Positions 27,468 to 40,818 of a stretch of DNA of 64,000 nucleotides are shown here, piece after piece; position 1 is the first letter of the stretch, and each line of letters starts with the position of its first letter. The translations under genes were made by a program, and so were the position numbers. Under the pieces are notes generated by a model that had not been told where the DNA came from, ran no database searches, and was given only the letters and a program-made list of their open reading frames with translations. The DNA is from Eledone cirrhosa. Lineage: Eukaryota. The DNA is taken from the NCBI GenBank assembly GCA_964016885.1, contig OZ024743.1, positions 266,352,001-266,416,000 on the forward strand, given 5' to 3'.

Positions 27468-27848
27468 TGTCTTCGAAAGTTCGTCTTGATCTGAAATGAT
27501 GAGTTGGAAGAGATATTATTATAACTAGCAGAAAAACGACCCTTCGGGTGTGTATATTGATATTATACGCAAGTATATATACATGTAGATATGATACATC
27601 AAATAAAATCGGAATTGACAATATACACAGTCATACGCGCCAGGTGTAGAAAATCATAATCTCTCTCATCACACACTCTCTCTTTCTATATATATGGTAG
27701 TTGAAGTAGAGGTGGTGGCGACGATATGCCGGAAGTGCACCTTTGAAAAGAAGTCAATTTGAAATTATTTATTTTCACGAAATTATTTTTGTTTACGAAA
27801 TTGAGTAGATAAATCATGTAATATTCATTCATTATTTATTCAAAGTAA

Positions 27849-28033
27849 AGGGGGTGGATTGGCAGTACCGGTAGAGGGTCGGACGCCATGCTTTCCAGCA
27901 TAGTTACGTCCCTTTACGATCTGAGTTCAAATCCCGCCGAGGTTGACTTTGCCTTTCATCCTTACGGGGTCGATAAAATAAAGTACCAGTAATGTACTGG
28001 GTAATTGCTGGCCTTGTGCCTAAAGTAGAAACA
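27849..28033 (+). mobile_element. Full-length SINE A with 18-bp TSD
   Basis: ATTATTTATTCAAAGTAA at 27831-27848 and 28034-28051; A and B boxes intact. Confidence 0.93.
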
Positions 28034-28541
28034 ATTATTTATTCAAAGTAATCCAACTTATTTTACAAACGGGATAAAAATAAAAATAAACCGTACGCAA
28101 TCCCGCAGACCTTTCTTTATTATAGTTTAGATTTGGGAGGGTCCTTTTGCCAAGAAAAACAGACGCTGCTTATCATTTTCACTTCTAATTTAGTATTAGT
28201 TTGGATTCTCAACAGTTTTGCATTTAGTTTAGTAGCAGTATGATTAGATAATTGGCATAATTAATTGTCAAATGTCTTGACATTGTTCCACTGCATCACA
28301 TTTTGTTTCAAACTTGTTCTGTTTATTCCGTCTTGTCAAGACCTTTGGCCATTAATTATGACATTGAGAAGGTCACAAAATGTGTGACGAGAGAGATTTG
28401 ACAATTAAATATGACAACTAAATGAAAATGGTGCTGAACTAACAGGAGAATGCACTAGTTACCTAACGAATTATGAAACTGAAATGAGACTAACTGATGC
28501 ATGGGATTGTATTGGCAACGCGAACTTTCCCATGTGTAACA

Positions 28542-28699
<158 letters not shown>

Positions 28700-28713
28700 C
28701 ATACATATATATA

Positions 28714-30137
28714 GTGAAAGAGTGAAGATTAATATGGTTGGCTGTACAAAAAGGGTTTTATTTACAGTATTAACAATTGTTTCATTGATCAAATAAGCTT
28801 AAAGGTTGCTAATCATTAGAAATGATGTTACTCGACTTTAAATACAGTGTCTGTCTCTGATCAAATCGTCGGAGTACTGAAGGATGTAACACAGAGCACT
28901 GGTATTCTTAGATATATCGGAGAATCAAGTAAATGAAAACAATAGCACCAATAATCATAACAACACCAATAATACAAAATAATGAAGTAATGAAATGATA
29001 AAAAATATTAAATAATAAAAGAAAATAATAATAATAATAATAATAAAAAGATAAAAAATACAGTTATTGATAATAATAGTAGTGGTGGTGCTATATGAAG
29101 TTATAATGGTGAGTAAGTGGATGTGTAAAGTAGTGATAGTAATAACAATAACATGAGAAGAAATACTATATATGATTGGCCAAATGTTGGGCGGCATATT
29201 AATATAGTGTATTGAGTTTATGAATTGACGAAATAAAATGTAAAAAAGTAGAAACTATATTAAAGGATTAGTAAGAGGGAAAGAGATAAAGAACAGGAGA
29301 TAGCGAGTAAAGAGTAAGGATTCGAGGATGAGACAAAATGGATCGGAGAATAGATAAATAGAGAATAAAAGTGAAAGGACACTGATGATATATATGTGAT
29401 TGAGATTGGGTAGAATGACCAATTTATTTTGATGGAGGTGATGCGACTATAGAGAGAAGGGGAAAGAAATGTTGGGGGATTCCCGATGTTGATTTAATGA
29501 CAAGTTGGTCAGTTGACAGCTAATAACAGTGGAGTGATGTGATGTTAGTATATTTAAATCCGGGTGGTTCTGACTGAATATTGAGATTGCTAAATCGAAT
29601 TATGCCGGTTGCGGTTTGAAGTTGGAGAATTTGGTGGCTGTTTTCTGCCTACAGAAGATTGTACGCTCCATCTTGCTATTAAGCAATGTTTTATTGAATT
29701 CTAAAATATGGAGCAGCTCCATATTGCATAGTCCGCAGTGGAACATTCCATTTTTGTAGGCCCTTGCACTCGATGACTTCGACCTGCTAATCTCATATTC
29801 TTTGTTGATGTATTTAAGCTGCCAGATTCTATTGGCCAGCGACGTTGCATTACCAAGTTTACGGTTTTTTTATAGAATGTCTATGCAAATACCATCTTGT
29901 TTTGAATTCTCCAGCCGCAGAACCTATGTAGTGCCATGATGGGTTGCCAGATTTGATAATACACAGGTATACTATATTAGATTCGATTCGAGGTATCTAT
30001 TCTGCAGTGGGCAATTATCCGGCAGGTGGCAGTTACACTTGGAGGTCTTCCTGCGTGCAGGTTCCCCGTTGCGGTTCTGTATGTTGTTAGGGATGGTCCA
30101 GGATTTAGGTTTACTGGTGTTTTGTTGTGATGTGCCC
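28714..30137 (-). mobile_element. 5'-truncated Penelope-like element: GIY-YIG relic (~29640-30060), AT-rich 3' region and F2 pLTR
   Basis: CNCHLPDNCPLQNRYLESNL and YIGS motifs as in 61330-61450; ends in (TA)n at ~28714. Confidence 0.75.
28765..28879 (-). ncRNA. Decayed hammerhead with ~82-nt stem II (F2)
   Basis: Minus strand CAGTACT-CCGACGA-T-TTGATCA...TGATCAA-T-GAAA-CAATTG-TT-AATACTG; one core substitution (U4C). Confidence 0.6.
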
Positions 30138-30177
30138 TGGCGTGTGGGTGTTTGTGATATATATATATATATAAAGA

Positions 30178-30241
<64 letters not shown>

Positions 30242-31071
30242 CAGAGTAAGAGAGATAGGGTAAGAGAGAGAGATATGTATGTATATATGAGTGTATGGAC
30301 CTTGTTCCATCTAAAGCACAAGGGATGAATAATTTTTAGCTATGAAGCTTTTCGTTGCTTCTGTTGGTGGGCAATATTATTGCTTTCAATTTGGAGGCAG
30401 CTTTACACGATACATATATACATCAATACACACGTACATACATACATGCATAGCTACATAACATTTATACATACATAGATATATGCATACATACAAACAT
30501 CCATAAGTACAGGCATACATCTATACATATGCATGTGAGTGTGTGTGTGTATATCTGTATACACTCTCTATGAATCGAAATGTACGTTAGCGTTTAAATA
30601 GTTCTATCAATCCCACTCTGTGCGAGAATCTTGATATATGCACATAAATATACATAAGTGTATAATAGTATTCGGTGTATATATATAAACACAAACACAC
30701 ATACACACACATACACGCGCACACACATACACCCACACATATATATATATATATAATATTGGAGTGCCTGAATGTTTATAAATACAGATATAACTCAATA
30801 TGTATGTGTATAGCAGAAATAAAAGTATACGAGTGCATATATAATATGATATATATATATGCATATGCTCACACACACAACCACACCGAGAAGCATTTTC
30901 ACATATACGCATATATCTCATCTGAAGGAAGAGCACAAACACACAGACACATATACACTCATAACCAAACGTAACCGCATGGCGCAGTTTCTGTTGCAGG
31001 ATCATAAGCAGCCAGGCGTGCATAATGACTGTGTGTGTGTATGTATATATATGTGTGTGTGTATATATATA

Positions 31072-31105
<34 letters not shown>

Positions 31106-31110
31106 AGTAG

Positions 31111-31199
<89 letters not shown>

Positions 31200-31341
31200 T
31201 AAACATATATATACATATATATATATATTGTTTTAATATAATGAAACGAAATTTCATTTCTCACTCTTAGTATGGCACTTACTTAAATGTAAGTATGTAT
31301 GTATACGTACATACATATATGTATACAGACGTACAGTAGCA

Positions 31342-31393
<52 letters not shown>

Positions 31394-31543
31394 CAGGTAC
31401 ACATATATATATGTACGTATCAGTTTAGCGAACGTTTATTATAACGCTCGCTTTGTCCGTTTGTAAACAAGCGAGCAGCCTGATTTATGCCATACTGTGT
31501 TAAGGCAACCACGTCACCTTTTTGTTCAACACTGACACAGAAA

Positions 31544-31584
31544 CGATGTACTAGTTTCAAGCTTGTTAGCTATCATCAGCACCA
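31544..31584 (-). ncRNA. Minimal hammerhead ribozyme (F8)
   Basis: TCATCAG at 31573-31579, TTTC at 31555-31558, CTAG stem III. Confidence 0.8.
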
Positions 31585-31820
31585 TATACCCTTCTGCCAG
31601 ATACTTGAACGTTCGAAAGTATATACTTTCCTTATAAAAATTAACGGCTGAGCAGCCTAATTTGCATATCGAGTGAGTTCAGTCGGCCAGGCGTACCGAA
31701 AACGATAAGTTGTAATATAATGAAACGAAATTTCATTTCTAACTCTTAGTATGGCACTTACTTAAATGTAAGTATGTATGTATACGTACATACATATATG
31801 TATACAGACGTACAGTAGCA

Positions 31821-31885
<65 letters not shown>

Positions 31886-32119
31886 GTACACATTTATATA
31901 TGTACGTATCAGTTTAGCGAACGTTTATTATAACGCTCGCTTTGTCCGTTTGTAAACAAGCGAACAGCCTGCTTTATGCCATACGGTGTTAAGGCAACCA
32001 CGTCATCGGTACGTCTGGCCGACTGAACTCACTCGATATGCAAATTAGGCTGCTAAACCGTTAATTTTCATAAGGAAAGTATATACTTTCGAACGTTCAA
32101 CTATCTGGCAGAAGGGTAT

Positions 32120-32162
32120 ACGGTGCTGATGATAGCTAACAAGCTTGAAACTAGTACATCGT
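32120..32162 (+). ncRNA. Minimal hammerhead ribozyme (F8)
   Basis: ACGGTG-CTGATGA-T-AGCT(AACA)AGCT-T-GAAA-CTAG-TA-CATCGT; predicted cut after 32156 (GUA). Confidence 0.85.
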
Positions 32163-32312
32163 TCCTGTGTCAGTGTTGAACAAAAAAGGTGACGTGGTTG
32201 CCTTAACGCCGTATGGCATAAATCAGGCTGTTCGCTTGTTTACAAACGGACAAAGCGAGCGTTATAATAAACGTTCGCTAAACTGATACGTACATATATA
32301 TATGTGTACCTG

Positions 32313-32350
<38 letters not shown>

Positions 32351-32784
32351 TGCTACTGTACGTCTGTATACATATATGTATGTACGTATACATACATACT
32401 TACATATATATATATCAATATATATATATATATGATATTGCAATGAATGTATATTCTTGTTAGATTTGTGAAATTGCGCGAACGCATAATATTTTCTATC
32501 TTATTTACAGGAGAGATTATTTATAATATATATATATATATATATACGAAACACAAGATACATCTGTTCTGTTGCTATCGATCTCTGATTTGAATGTATT
32601 GTTTGATTAAGTACATCTATCATGAGCACGCTAACCAACCTTATATTCACGGCATCATACTGTTTGTATGTATCTATGAATACATGCATGCATATATGTT
32701 TGTAAGTATGTATATACATGCATGCATGTATGTATGTATGTATATTTACATATATATATTTACATATATATATAAATTTGTATG

Positions 32785-32896
<112 letters not shown>

Positions 32897-33066
32897 TACA
32901 TATATTTATCTGTCTATATATATATATGTAAATATACATATGTATATATATATTTACATATATATATATATATATATGTTAAAGGGAGAAAATCGAAATG
33001 TGTGATACACACTAATATACCTGTCTGTGTACCACATATACGTTCATACATACACATGTATGCATG

Positions 33067-33110
<44 letters not shown>

Positions 33111-36100
33111 GCATCTGCATATATATATTTATTTATTCATATATACATGCATTTGCTTATACAAACACACTTAGCTTTGTTTATATACATATAAACGTAC
33201 CTATATTCACGCACCTATACATACAGAAGCATTACAAAATTTTGTCAGAAATCAATACTGTAGCATTTCAGTATTATTGCTTCTACAACCGTCAGCTGCA
33301 ATCGAGTATGACTTGGTAGTGTGAACCATGTATTCCGTAAGTGTTTTGGGTGCGTCTCACGTTGTGAGCAGACTGAGACAACCTCTTGGCTCGGCCGCGT
33401 TCAATCTCGCGGAATATGTACAGTTAACCCGAGAATTGGCTTGTACATTCAAACGAAATGAAAAGCAGGGTAGAGCTCGCCGGGCATTGAATTCAGAACG
33501 CAGCGACCCAGAAAAATCAGCCAACTCTCTAACGACTGTGAAATCGGCCATCTTCAATATTCTCCTCCATTACTGGGTCATTTTTGGTATCTCTGTGTTT
33601 TATTGCTATTTTGTGATATCTGTTGTTACTGTTATTGACTATGATATTTTTCTTCGTTTTTATCGTTAGTGTTGGTGATGATTTTATAAATAGTATTCTT
33701 GTTTTTACCGCTTATTAGTTTTATAATTTCGTTGTTGCTTTTCTTACTTTGATGTGGTTCTTGAAGTTATTGTTATGGTTGTTGCTGGTGCCCTTGTTGA
33801 TATTGTTGAGGCTTTTGTTATTGTTCCTGTCATAAACGTTATTGTTATTTTTGTCATTATCATTAGTGTTTTGTTATTTTATTATGTTATTGTCGTTTTT
33901 CGTCTTATTTTCATTTTTATTGATATTTATATAGCTATAGTTGTTTCTGTTTATATTGCTGTTTATATTGTTGCTGTAATTCTCACTTTTGTTGTTGATC
34001 TTGATGGATGAATGTGATGTTCATTCATTACTTAGTATTTATGATTCGACAGTTTCTCCCCAACCATGGTAATAATGATCAGTTAGAGTTATAAAATAGA
34101 TATAAAATTGTGATAGCAAAACCAAACAAAATAACATAACCACAAACAAAGAACAAATAAGATTCCTAAATCTCTTTGAAAGCAGGCAGGTGATTTTGGT
34201 AGAGTGAGTTGAAGAATATCTGAACTGTAAAACATCTAGGACCGGATATTTCTTGCATAGCAAGATAATTTCTCAGACTGTTTGAACTAAAGAACAGTTG
34301 TCTATACAGCTGGATGTGTTAGCAGATCACTGTAATTTATTTCACTTTTTTACATTTTCATTTTAATGTTTTCATTTTATTAGAGCGTGAATTTGGCAGA
34401 ATTATTAAAGTGTTGGACAGAAAACACTGCAGAATATGTTCCGTTTTTTTTATGTTCTAGCTAGAAACCCCACCAGTGTCAACTGGGTCTTTTACCCTTC
34501 TGAGTCCATAAAAAAGTAGCACTCAAATACTGTGGTAGATATAATCAACTATCCCGTCCCAAAAATAAATGGACTTGTGCTTAAATTAGGCACCATTATT
34601 TCCATTATATTAACGGCAGTGAAATAGCAATATCGATAGAGCATTGGCCAAAATTCACAACGATATTTCTTTTGGCTTTTTACGTTCTGAATTTCACGAT
34701 CAACTTGCCTTTCATCCCTCGATAAAATAAATTTTTAGTTAAGTAAAGTGTTCGACTTAAATATTTACACCACTCAATTGTTAGCCTTCTGCATATGTTA
34801 GAAATTATTATTTTTATCTTACATATATGACTGCAACATTTGTGGTGGGCATGCCTAGAATGGAGATCAGAATTATCTTGTTCACATTCCTCACATATCG
34901 TAGTTGAACCTGAAACGTCCGGTAATAATGATTTCTTTAATGATGGAAATGTATGAATAACTGGCCAGTTCCACAGCAATCTTATGATTCAACACATACT
35001 GGAAGGCAGGTGGATTTAATGCTACAAACATGTGAGCATGCATCACTCGAGTGTTTTCTGATTTGTGGTAAAGAAAAGAAAATGCGACATGTTGGTGCCT
35101 GCACGAGTAACACATAAGCAACGCTATTTGAAACAGCATCGCGACTACCACTATCGAAAACAAATACTTCAATAACAACACTAGGCACATTATCAATATT
35201 GGAAGAGTCCTGTCATTCTAGAGTAAATGAGAACCGAAACGATTGTCAATATCACCAGGTTAAAAATACATGATAAAAAGACAGCTACTTAAGTTATAAA
35301 AGAATGTGTGTATTACCTCAGATCCACTCGCACAACATGAAATACAAACATACAGCAAAGGATGAAAAATAAAATAAAAGATACATCTGTCTTTAATGAA
35401 ATGAGCAACAAAAAGACACGATTGAAACAAAAGGTAAGGTGAAAGTTACGAAATAACATTACCCGAAATCAAAGAGGTATTTGCTAAGTTTGATAGAATA
35501 TTTTGCTATAAAAGGTACCGATGATTCCTTAAACACAACCAGCAAATCGACTCTAAAAATAAAGCACACATGAGGTACAATTGCATTCTGGCGAGAAATG
35601 TGGTCAGCGAAGGAATAATTTTAGACGACATAACATATGCAACATATATCTTCAGGTTGTTCATAATCAAATAATGGTCACTTGTTCTTTTCCAGAATTT
35701 TATCCGAGTTCATTCCAGATTAACTATTTGGTTAAGGAAGTGGGTAAAGAGAGAGAAGGACGAGTGAGAGTGAAAGGTTTTTTCATAGAAATAGAGGTTA
35801 TTTTCATAATTTCCGATTCTCCTTCACTCATTTTCCTCTCTCTCTTTCTCCCTCACACCCACTCTCTCTATCTCTCTCTTTTTCCTTTTTCCTCTCTATT
35901 TCTCCTCCCCCCCTCTCTCTCTCATTCTCTTTCTCACTGCAGAATTGTCTATCATTGACGTGTTTAAGGCATTTGCTTATTACTGTGGTTAATGTTTTCA
36001 AGATCAACATTTGAGGAGCTCTGTTAAAAGGCTCCTGGTAGATAAGCCATGTCATGATCCGACCCTTATTTCTGATTCTACAAGTTTCTTCTCTGGTTAC

Positions 36101-37539
36101 AAATTAATCGTAGTCATGTCTACAACAGTATAGAGATTTTAGTAGCTCTTCTAGTTTTGGAAATTATATATTTTGTCATAATTTCCCCAATATTTATTCA
36201 TCCTCTACGGTATTACTGAAGTTAAGGCGTTATAAGTCGAGGGAAGGCAAGAAACATCTGTATTATTACTCAGTATTTGTACTTTCTGGAATACTGAATC
36301 CCCTCACAACGAAACAGTCAAGTGTTGATTAATTTATTAGATAATTTTGCAAGTATTTAACATTTTGCCCGCTATTTTACTCTAAGTCACATATGTTATT
36401 TACATTCATAATCTTACTTCAATATTTCTCTTTAGTTAATTGAAATAGCCCCACCCCCATGCCTTCCAAAATAAAAAAAAAGGAAAAGAAAGAGAAAAAA
36501 AATATATATATATATTTCTAGTTATTAAGAAATGAGTTATATTTCAATTCGGAAAAAGGTGACCGGAAGGTTTGAACGCAAATTATGAATAGGTGTAAGA
36601 AGTAATATATGCGAGATGGGTTTCATTCACAAGTCTGATGAATGTTTGAGCTAATACATTATCCTAGAAAACTATATAAGAAAGGTTGTTGTTGTTGTTT
36701 GTTGTTTCTTTAGTTTTGACGTAGCGCACGTCAAGTGTTTATTAGCTTTGTTTTAGTATGTTATTAAATCTGTTGGCAAGTAGGTATCTGCTTGATGTCC
36801 GTCAGCAATTTCTGTTATAGCAGCGTCAAAACAAATGCTACAAACATGACCATACATAATATTTACGAATGAGTAATCTAGACAGTGTATAACGAACCTC
36901 AAGAAAGGTCAGGGAAGAATGTTATAGAAGTATCAGATTGAAATAGAGTAAAATGAAAAATAATGTAGCAGACATCATTACATCAGCTGTTGCAACAATA
37001 ATTTAGAATTATAATATTTTTAGTTGGGCATAAATTCATTAGCGAGAATACATTAAAAAGTCAACTAAAAATGGCTTAACTTATCTACATCATCTACAAT
37101 CTAATATAGAAATGTTAGGAAGGTAGAAGCCTTCTGCAAAAAGAAATATCTACAGTGGGTGTACAAAATTACTTTGTAAAGAAGAATTGAAAACTAAGAG
37201 TTGGAAAATAAGAAACAAAGCAAAGAAAAAATCTGGTCTGTCTAAAAGGAAGCCATTGAATACAAAATAGTGGCTGAAGTAGCAGATAGAGTAAAAGAGG
37301 AAAGAGAATCTACGAAATAAATACTAAGACTAAGCACAAATCGATGATTCGGAAAATTCCGACGCAGACACTGACGTTCATTCATAGTTTGTAAACTAGT
37401 CACTTTGATTTTCGTCTTCTTGCTATCTATCTATTTCTCCTTATCTACCATCACTCTATATGCACTCCTGAAAAAAATAATCGATGAAAACAATACAAAT
37501 ATGGATGCACACATGCATACACACATACATACATACTTA

Positions 37540-37612
37540 TATGCATACATACACGTATACATACATCATGATGATGTCTGCACCCTCGTTATCGAGTATG
37601 GCCATTGCACGA
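37540..37612 (-). mobile_element. Extreme 3' tip of the same RTE family
   Basis: CCCTCGTTATCGAGTATGGCCATTGCACGA is the reverse complement of 20323-20352. Confidence 0.8.
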
Positions 37613-37806
37613 TATACCATTGTTAATAATTATTGATTAATTCTATCATGCAATGCCGATGTGTGAAGATTTTTTAGATTTTTTTTTAAGTTAGGAAAAA
37701 CTGTGCACTGAGCCAATCCCACTCTCTGAGCGACAGTAGCTATAGCCCGAAAAGAAGAAAAAAGCGACATACATACATATATACACATGCATTTGTATTA
37801 TATATG

Positions 37807-37856
<50 letters not shown>

Positions 37857-37985
37857 AAAGTTCTATTTAAAATTGTTGGGATACAACAAGTAAATATGTT
37901 ATAACTGATATAAAGCACTCGACAAGTTTTTGGAGTAGATATACGATATTAAATAAATGGAAACTATATTTATAAAACCATATTT

Positions 37986-38048
37986 ATTTCATTATACATA
38001 TTTCAGGGATACCAAATTAAAATATGGTATGCCTTCATCAGACAAAAT
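37986..38048 (-). ncRNA. Type I minimal hammerhead ribozyme (family F9)
   Basis: Minus strand ATTTTGT-CTGATGA-AGG-C-ATACCA(TATTTTAATT)TGGTAT-C-CCT-GAAA-TATGTA-TA-ATGAAAT; tail runs to the (TA)n at ~37853. Confidence 0.75.
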
Positions 38049-38337
38049 ACAATATATAAACAGTTATATAAATAATTTTGACGTACCCTATTAAATGCAA
38101 CCATTATTTATGGAAGCTGTCTGGATAGTGAAATGTTTATATTTTTTTATTAGTTATAGTGTTAAGCACAATTAGAAAAAGACGGAGAGAAAGAAAAAAC
38201 GGAGAGAGAGAAAGAGAGAGAAAGAAGGAGAGAGAGAAAAAAAAACCTGGAGAAATATCGGAGAGAGAGAGAAATGTATGTAGAAAAGAAAGATAAATAG
38301 ATAGGAGGAAATATATATATATATATTTAGGTTTGTT

Positions 38338-38585
38338 GGTTCACCACTGGATAGAATTATTGAGGGCGACCGACTAAGGTAGAAGATGCTAGATGGTCGG
38401 TCGTCCTCTTTTTTATGATTTTCAGCCCCATGGATTTTGTCTGTTATGTTCCTTTGTTATATTTCGAATACCTGATGATATCACTGGATTCATACGGAAC
38501 CCGGTCATTGAATTGATCATAGTATAATAAACCTTTCAAGGATTCACACAAGTACAGCCTCCTGTTATTTACTATAATAAATATT
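38338..38585 (+). mobile_element. Family F10 repeat with hammerhead at 38468-38525 (GAAA>GAAT)
   Basis: ATAC-CTGATGA-...-GAAT-TGATCA-TA-GTAT; homolog at 43298-43668. Confidence 0.65.
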
Positions 38586-38586
38586 T

Positions 38587-38659
<73 letters not shown>

Positions 38660-38673
38660 GTATATATATATAT

Positions 38674-38820
38674 ATAACGAAGGAAATGTGGTAAGGAACC
38701 AGGTGGACCATAACGCACCAAAATACTCAATACTTAGGGTAGTAGAGTGGGTAATAGGAACGAGTAGGACCCCGACGGCTGAGCTCAAGCCGTTTCGACG
38801 GCTAATTCTGGACTAAATTT
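38674..38820 (-). mobile_element. F6 colinear copy: 3' half of a hammerhead plus ~100-nt tail ending in (TA)n
   Basis: Minus strand ...AGCCGTC-GAAA-CGGCT(TGAGCTC)AGCCG-TC-GGGG; CUGANGA half missing. Confidence 0.7.
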
Positions 38821-38879
38821 ATTATACATATGTGTATATATATATATATATACATATGTATAATAATAAGGGTTGACGG

Positions 38880-39060
38880 ACACAGCATATTTATCAATGC
38901 CAGTACCGGTTCTATCTCAGCGCACTCAATGGGCAATGTAAGATACATTACTGCCAGCGAAAATATGGATACCAAGTGTATGACATTGCTCGCCTTAAGT
39001 CAGCGCAAGAGGAGCGGGCCGATTGAGTCTCCTTGCTGGACACCCGTAGCGGAAGTTTCG
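38880..39060 (-). pseudogene. Short non-LTR RT fragment (CRE/R2-group-like)
   Basis: Minus strand reads SATGVQQGDSIGPLL (RT motif B'). Confidence 0.45.
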
Positions 39061-39061
39061 C

Positions 39062-39373
39062 TGTTATAAGCGGCCATGAGTATGCTGGGTGTTCCGAGAT
39101 GAGCAAGAGGGAATATCATGGGGGCTCGTCTATGACACCCCTCTAAGACGTGATCCCGCCTCACACTGTTACAGACTACACCTATGTGTAGCGTCTGACC
39201 TACGTGTAGAGACTCACCTGCGTGTAAAGTCTGTCACCCTCTCGCATTCCCCATTTTCGTTCTTATTTTGTCTAATATTCCTTGCTCTTCCACTCCTTTC
39301 GCTTTAATTTATGGCATTCATTGCCTTCTCTACTGCTGCTGTCTTTGTTTGACCAATAAATAAATAAATAACA
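39062..39373 (+). repeat. Possible solo LTR-like segment
   Basis: TGTTAT...ATAACA inverted termini, AATAAA near 3' end, GC-richer than flanks; no TSD found. Confidence 0.3.
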
Positions 39374-39656
39374 TCATTTCAATTGATTTTTAAAGTAATA
39401 TTGATAATATTTAATTTTAATTTCTATATGACTTTACATGCTTTACTGTTTAATATGGATTTGTTAATATTGTATCCTTGGATACTAGGTTCGATTATTT
39501 TATTAATCATCAAAGACTAATTTCATTTTTATTTGGTCGGCCTTAATTTTATATTAGCTGTTAAAGTTACATAAAGTTAGGTTAACACATCGATTGATAT
39601 GCAACAGGAAGCAGTCTCATCTTTCTCAAACTGCATATTTCCCTCTTCTTTATAAA

Positions 39657-39725
<69 letters not shown>

Positions 39726-40818
39726 TATACTCTCATCCTCTCATGTTTACGCCGTCTGCCTTCACCACAAAATTATGATCTATAACACAATCATACAACT
39801 TATCAAATGAATGATTTTGAATGTTTCTTACTCTATAATTGAATGCTAGGTTCGATGTGTGTGTGTTATTTATAATTATACATCGACATTGTGAGAAAAA
39901 AATTAGGTTTACTATTATTCCTGTCTCCGTTGTAGTGTCTAATTTTGTTAATGGAATTTCCTCCATAACTTTGTAACAATATAAGAAATTGAAACTAGAC
40001 AAAAAAAAAAAATGTGTGCGCGTATATCAGTTTGTGCATGTGTTTTTGTCTGTTTGCGTATGTGCGCCTTTTAAGTAGTTTCAAAGATAAATAGAAAGGA
40101 AGAGAGAAAAAATTGATATAACCCTGAAAACAAAATATGTGAAAACACCTAGAAAAAAATATACATTTATGTGTGGCCTATGTGTGTGTGTGTTCAAGTG
40201 TTTATGTGTTTCAGTGTGCTAAATTATAATGTTCCCGGAAGTTCATTTTCTATCCATTCCATTTCCATTTATACGGTTTTTAGTCATTATTCTGTTCAAG
40301 AATATGACTTAAGGCGAGCAATGTCATACACTTGGTATCCATATTTTCGTTTGTCACATTAACAAACGTGTTACAAATCCAATAAATCTCTTCATTATCC
40401 TGTTAATATCGTGAAATAAATTCAAATCTGCTAGATTTCACCATCTTGAGCGAACACATAGGCGTAAAATGTATTTGTTATATCAGTAGCCAAAGTGAAA
40501 CAAAACAACTGTGACCACTTGAACTTTAATTAAAAGAGATGTATATTTTCTTTACTCATTTAAATCAGACTGTTTATCTGTGTGTATATATGTATATATA
40601 TATGTATATATATATATATATATATATAATACATGAGGAGATAAGGGAATTTTTATTTTGTGTTGCTAAAATCATATTTGTGGAATGATTACGTAAACGT
40701 TAGTGAAAGAACAGCTTACCAAATACCTTTTTTTTACTGTTTCTCAACGTGATTAAGGGAATCGAGTGATATAATATTCCTGATATTAAATCCTTGAGTA
40801 TGGTACTGGTTCCCATAA

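Larger units (their letters stand above)
31235..32405. mobile_element. Retrozyme-like family F8: ~1.6 tandem units on minus, then an inverted unit on plus (switch ~32006)
   Basis: 31240 repeats at 31719; 32007-32405 is the reverse complement; homologous to 49337-50802. Confidence 0.85.

Noticed and set aside
27849-27940. tRNA gene
   Set aside because: A/B boxes belong to a SINE head with body, tail and TSD.
33328-34011. 113-aa ORF and hydrophobic 85-aa ORF
   Set aside because: First overlaps a decayed SINE; second is degenerate (TTG/TTA)n low complexity.
36630-36690. CTGATGA...GAAA
   Set aside because: No stem I partner or cleavage triplet geometry.
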